A model generated the notes under the pieces. The model was not told where the DNA came from, did not search any database, and saw nothing but the letters and a program-made list of their open reading frames with translations. Positions 49,141 through 53,511 of a stretch of 53,511 bases of DNA are shown one piece after another. The stretch's first letter is position 1. Each line of letters opens with the position of its first letter. The DNA is taken from assembly GCA_051294375.1 (NCBI GenBank), contig JBJCIZ010000622.1:1-53511 (forward strand), in the 5' to 3' direction. Made by a program: the position numbers and the translations under genes. The stretch comes from Paraspadella gotoi. Its lineage: Eukaryota > Animalia > Chaetognatha.

Positions 49141-49500
49141 TTTTTTTTTTTTTCTCTTCTAAAAACTTTTATTATCGCCATTTATTCCGAGATTTTCTGT
49201 GGATTTTTTCCTTCTAAAAACTTTTATTATCGCCATTTATTATTTTATCTCAATACAAAATCCCAAAATACAATAACTTACTTAACCTAATTTCGTGGTC
49301 GTTCGGAGCAACAAGTAAACAATGTCGAGGAACATGACCTAATAACGCGTTACGTGTATAAAAAATCAACATCAGAGACCAATTTCACGACGCCGTTGCG
49401 AGGCAACGGATAACCGATATAAACGAGAGTGACCTAATAATGCGTCTCGTTGGTGGGAAAACTCTCTCTCTCTCTCTCTTTCTCACTCTCCCTCCCTCTT

Positions 49501-49536
<36 letters not shown>

Positions 49537-49723
49537 TTCTCTCTCTTTTTTTTTTCCTTCTAAAAACTTTTATATCGCCATTTATTCCGCGTTTTTTCTC
49601 AATACAAAATCAACAAATTTACATCCGAGATTTTCGTGGATTTTTTTTCTAAAATTCTGATTATTCTTTATATAAACGAGAGAGACCTAATAATGCGTTT
49701 CGTTGGCGGGAAAACTGTCCAGC

Positions 49724-49760
<37 letters not shown>

Positions 49761-50075
49761 TCTCTCTCTCTTTCATCATACACGCATTTGTTTGTTTTAT
49801 TTACGATGAATGATTCAGCGCGTCAATGAATCACTATCATCGCATCAATGAATGACTATCATCGTATCAATGAATGATTATCATCATATCAATGAATGAC
49901 TATCATTCGCATCAATCATTTGATTATCATCATCATCAGTCATTTTGTTATCATCGCATCAATTATTGGTTATCATCGCGTCAATATTGGTTATATTCGC
50001 ATAATATTTGGTTATCATCGCATCAATATTTGGTTACTATCGAAAGCGGGCTCGATCTTTATGCTTTTAAGATTT
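48376..50075 (+). mobile_element. HINE-like element, family C (~1.7 kb)
   Basis: T-run, atccggagcc plus strong palindrome (48381-48412) and ctctata; internal duplications; 3' ggctcgat subTIR with an atctt/aagat hairpin, then a T-run. Confidence 0.55.
49805..50036 (+). repeat. Minisatellite, ~21-23-bp unit (tatcatcgcatcaatgaatga / tatcatcgcatcaatatttggt)
   Basis: About 10 tandem units with a gradual change in sequence along the array. Confidence 0.85.
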
Positions 50076-50648
50076 TTTTTTAATGTTTGAAATTTGAGGA
50101 AAAGTCAGAGGCAGTTGCCTCTTCAAGCCGCAACGTTGAACATTTTAACTTTGCTTTGAAGGTGTTTTATTAAGTGTTTTTAACTAGTTGCTATTGTGAG
50201 ACCAACTGAAACTGTTTTTTATCAGGTCGCCTATTGTATCAATAATATATGCGATTTATTCAGATACAACGAGGTTGATTCAGTACAATCATCATCAACA
50301 AACAAACAAACAAAGACAGACTAAGTCTAAGCAAAACATAAAAATAGAGAGAAAAAAAACAGTTAATTAAATAAAATTAATTAATTAAAATTTTAAACAA
50401 TTATAATTGGTTCTTATGTTGTAAAAAATGGAACAAGTTTCTGAAGAACAGTATTTTTCATTGTATATATCTTTTGAGATAAAGGTTTTCTTACGATTAT
50501 TAAAAATTGTAGATAGGTCGTGGTATCCAAACATACTCCTAGTTCTCTCACACTTTCCCATCGATTATTTATAAATAGGCTAATGATTGAGAGAAATGAA
50601 AGAATGAAATCGTTTTGAAAAAAGAATAATTAAGTTTTCGATTTGCAC

Positions 50649-51267
50649 AAACAAGTTTGAGCAAACAATGTCTGATCTGCCTACAATAATTAAGCGATAA
50701 TAAGCTAATACGATGATAATTCTTGGTAATGTTTTCTGATTTTCAATTTGTGATCTTAACAGATCATAACACGTTGTAACATTACAAGTTTGAGCAAACA
50801 TATGGTCGGATCTGCCCACAATCATTAACGGTAATTAATTAATTAATTAATTAAGCAATTACATTTAATATAAAAAGGAAAAAAAAAGCATAATCAATTA
50901 GTGAAACACGTTTTTGATTTCCAGCTTAATCACACACTTTTATACCCAAATACAAAATTTCAAGTCAATCACCCCATCCACTGGGGTTCAAATAGTGAAA
51001 AATATTTTTTTCCATTTAATCTCATTTCCGCTCGGACGATTCCATCGAAACTTCATATCTAGCTCAATCACACACTTCCCTACCCACACACAAAATTTCA
51101 TTCCAATCCATCCATCCAATCACGAGTAATTGGTATTTTTTGCTAAGGTGGGATGGACGGACAGACGGACATCGTTTTTTTTTTTGCACAATTTATTATA
51201 ATTCAATGTTCTGACATGATATAAGTGATTGCCCGACAAGATTGAGGGACTAAAAGCAGATCCGACT
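50649..51267 (-). mobile_element. HINE family A element with a duplicated 3' terminus
   Basis: acaagtttgagcaaaca..gatctgcc at 50651 and 50784; 5' end agtcggatctgc at 51256-51267 (minus strand). Confidence 0.75.
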
Positions 51268-51324
51268 AAAAAGAAAAGAAAAACCAAAATTTATATTGAG
51301 GTTTTTGCTTTTTTTTTTAAATAA

Positions 51325-51505
51325 CTAGACGGCCGAGTGGTTAAAAACTAAGACTTTGACGCAGAATGGAATGGTTGGATTCGAATCCCACTCAAGGTAA
51401 ACTTTTACAATAAACTGCTATGTCCCAAAAGTGGTCGAAGAGCAATGGCTTACCGAAGGGGGAGTAGCCATATGAGTACTCGATAACAAGGCAAAAACTC
51501 TCTTT
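51325..51505 (+). mobile_element. tRNA-derived SINE-like element or tRNA pseudogene
   Basis: A box CGGCCGAGTGG (51330) and B box GGATTCGAATCC (51377); no intact cloverleaf. Confidence 0.55.
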
Positions 51506-53284
51506 CAAATTATCATTTTTACTCGAGTTACAGAGCTTGCCGTCTCAGAAATTCTAGACGGATGCTACTGTATTTACTTTATCTTTAATATTCGTTTAGT
51601 TTTTGTCTTCTTTTTTTTCTTTTCCTTTTTTCTTCTTTCTAAATTTTTCTTTTCTTTCTTCTTCTTTTTAATTTTCAATCTTCTTTTTTTTTTTCCGCCA
51701 TTTTTCTTTTCTTCGCTTCTTCAATGATGTCACATGCTCTTGTTTATCCACCCTTTGGGAACTTTACGCCCTCTCTAAGCCGAGTAGTCCGCCGTTCCCC
51801 GCACCCTTGCCACCCCACGCCCGCCCGCCCTCCTTTTCCGCGCCAGTGGGCCCCCGTCGCGTCGAGACGTTTCCCATCGCAGATCAAAGCGTTGATACCA
51901 TCCTCTTGATTCGAATCCTGAGAGAGAGAGAGAGAGAGAGATTTTTTACTGTCGGTGCTTTCTGTCAACAGGGCCAATTATTCTGTCACTCCTCTCTCCT
52001 TTCTTTTTTTTTTAAACGACAAAACTTTAGTTTGATCTGAGTTGGAATCCCTTTTTTGGGAGGCGAAAGTAAACACGGCAACTGTAGTATCTGCTTTCGT
52101 AAATTTTGGTCGAATTTGAATGCTCGATGGATCGTTAATATAAAAACAGTATTTCACCCTCCAATAATTCTCGTTGACTTATTTGTCATTGATCTGATTT
52201 GTCATTGTCATCATGGGTCAGCATTGGTCTGCTTCGAGCCAAGTTGCCGCGAGTACATAATTACATATGTTCCGTACACGTCATTTATTAAGCGTTCCGT
52301 TAAAAGTAATTAAAAAACGAATATTTATTAAAAAAATATTGTATGTCCATTTATTTTACTTAGTCCGTAAAAACAGCTGAACACATACTACCACATACAT
52401 TAAGAATTGAAAGTGTAAGACAATACATAGAGATATTAAGAGAGAGAGAGAGAGAGAGAGAAGAGAGAAGAGAGAGAAAGCGTGAGAGAGAAAAATACTT
52501 AATATTATTCATTAACATAATCTTTAGTTAGAGATACAATTTTAATGCCACCGCTTGCCGGTCGTGTTACGCTCGAGCAAGTCATTACGAAAAATGGCCT
52601 GGCCATTTACACTTCTCGTCGTGAGAGTGATCAGCATATTCGTCTTCTTATCGTTTTCACGGTCATCTTTACATCTTCACTGGACATGTGGAACAACAGC
52701 AATATTTTTATGTTTTTTATTCTTTACCAATCGCCGCCTTGAGTGCTAGACATTATTCAATGGCGAGGATCAGACTGGAATCAATGTTGGATTTCATACT
52801 CATTGTCGTCATCATCGTCAGAGTCAGAGTCAACCTCATACGGAGACGTTCAATAGGAACCCAGATGATTAACGACCGCCTGACTGACCTCTTTTTTTGA
52901 TGTATTCATTACCGTCGTTAATCTAAATCCAGTTACACTTATCTCTGTGAATGCAATCAAACTGATCTGAGTTATTTGATCGATCGTTGTCAACGTTGTC
53001 GTCCATTTTGTACTTTTATTGAAATTCGTCGTTTTAGTTGTCGCCGGCAAGTCGTCGTCGAGAATGACGTCGTTCGTCTGTTAATGACATCGTAATTGCG
53101 TCGTTGCGTCGAAACGTAAACGAAGTTGTAAAGGACTAAAACCTCAGAATTATATAAGTCATAACACGAAGCAATCAGTTTTTTTCTCACCGAGGACTAC
53201 TTCTAAAAACATCTCAACTTCAAAGTGCGGATTGTAGTCGGGCATTGCAAAGTTCACCCCGCCTCTAAGCATGACACCTTTAGT

Positions 53285-53511
53285 CGTGACCCAGTGGCTC
53301 ATGGAGTAAAGCCATCAGCTCATGACCACTAGGTGTGGATAAGGCGCTAAGTGGGCTGAAGATGACTATCCTGTAACTTCTATAACCCCCTAGCAGCTAT
53401 GGACGGTCCTGGCTTGGAACCAAGGCTTGAGGGTTTTTCCACGCCCCAAGGCGGCTTACGGCCGTCCCTCACACTTCCCGCAGAGTAGGTACCGGTTGGG
53501 ATCGAACCCGG
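53285..53511 (-). mobile_element. tRNA-derived SINE-like element (head cut by the window edge) with twister-like motif
   Basis: Minus strand B box GGTTCGATCCC, then GAGGGACGG..UAA-GCC-GCC, P3 UUGGGG/CCUCAA and GCCUUGG-UUCCAAGC-CAGG. Confidence 0.5.

Overview
AT-rich, microsatellite-rich eukaryotic (probably invertebrate metazoan) DNA that is almost entirely repeats, with no host gene I can call confidently. Contents: (1) decayed Penelope-like retroelements (GIY-YIG endonuclease remnants, inverted pseudo-LTRs, minimal type I hammerhead ribozymes, and non-autonomous fold-back derivatives sharing a ~30-nt tail); (2) at least three families of Helentron-associated/DINE-1-like elements carrying minisatellites; (3) several TIR DNA-transposon remnants, often nested; (4) a ~10-kb aperiodic T/C-rich block splitting a known repeat, possibly an assembly artefact; (5) tRNA-derived SINE-like elements. 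The most notable observation is a tRNA-headed SINE-like family whose body folds as a circularly permuted (type P5) twister ribozyme, supported by compensatory changes between divergent copies (24.7, 25.2 and 32.4 kb; a related motif at 53.4 kb). Two copies form a direct-repeat cassette that would self-excise a ~419-nt RNA, as retrozymes do. All structures were read by eye; no searches were run.
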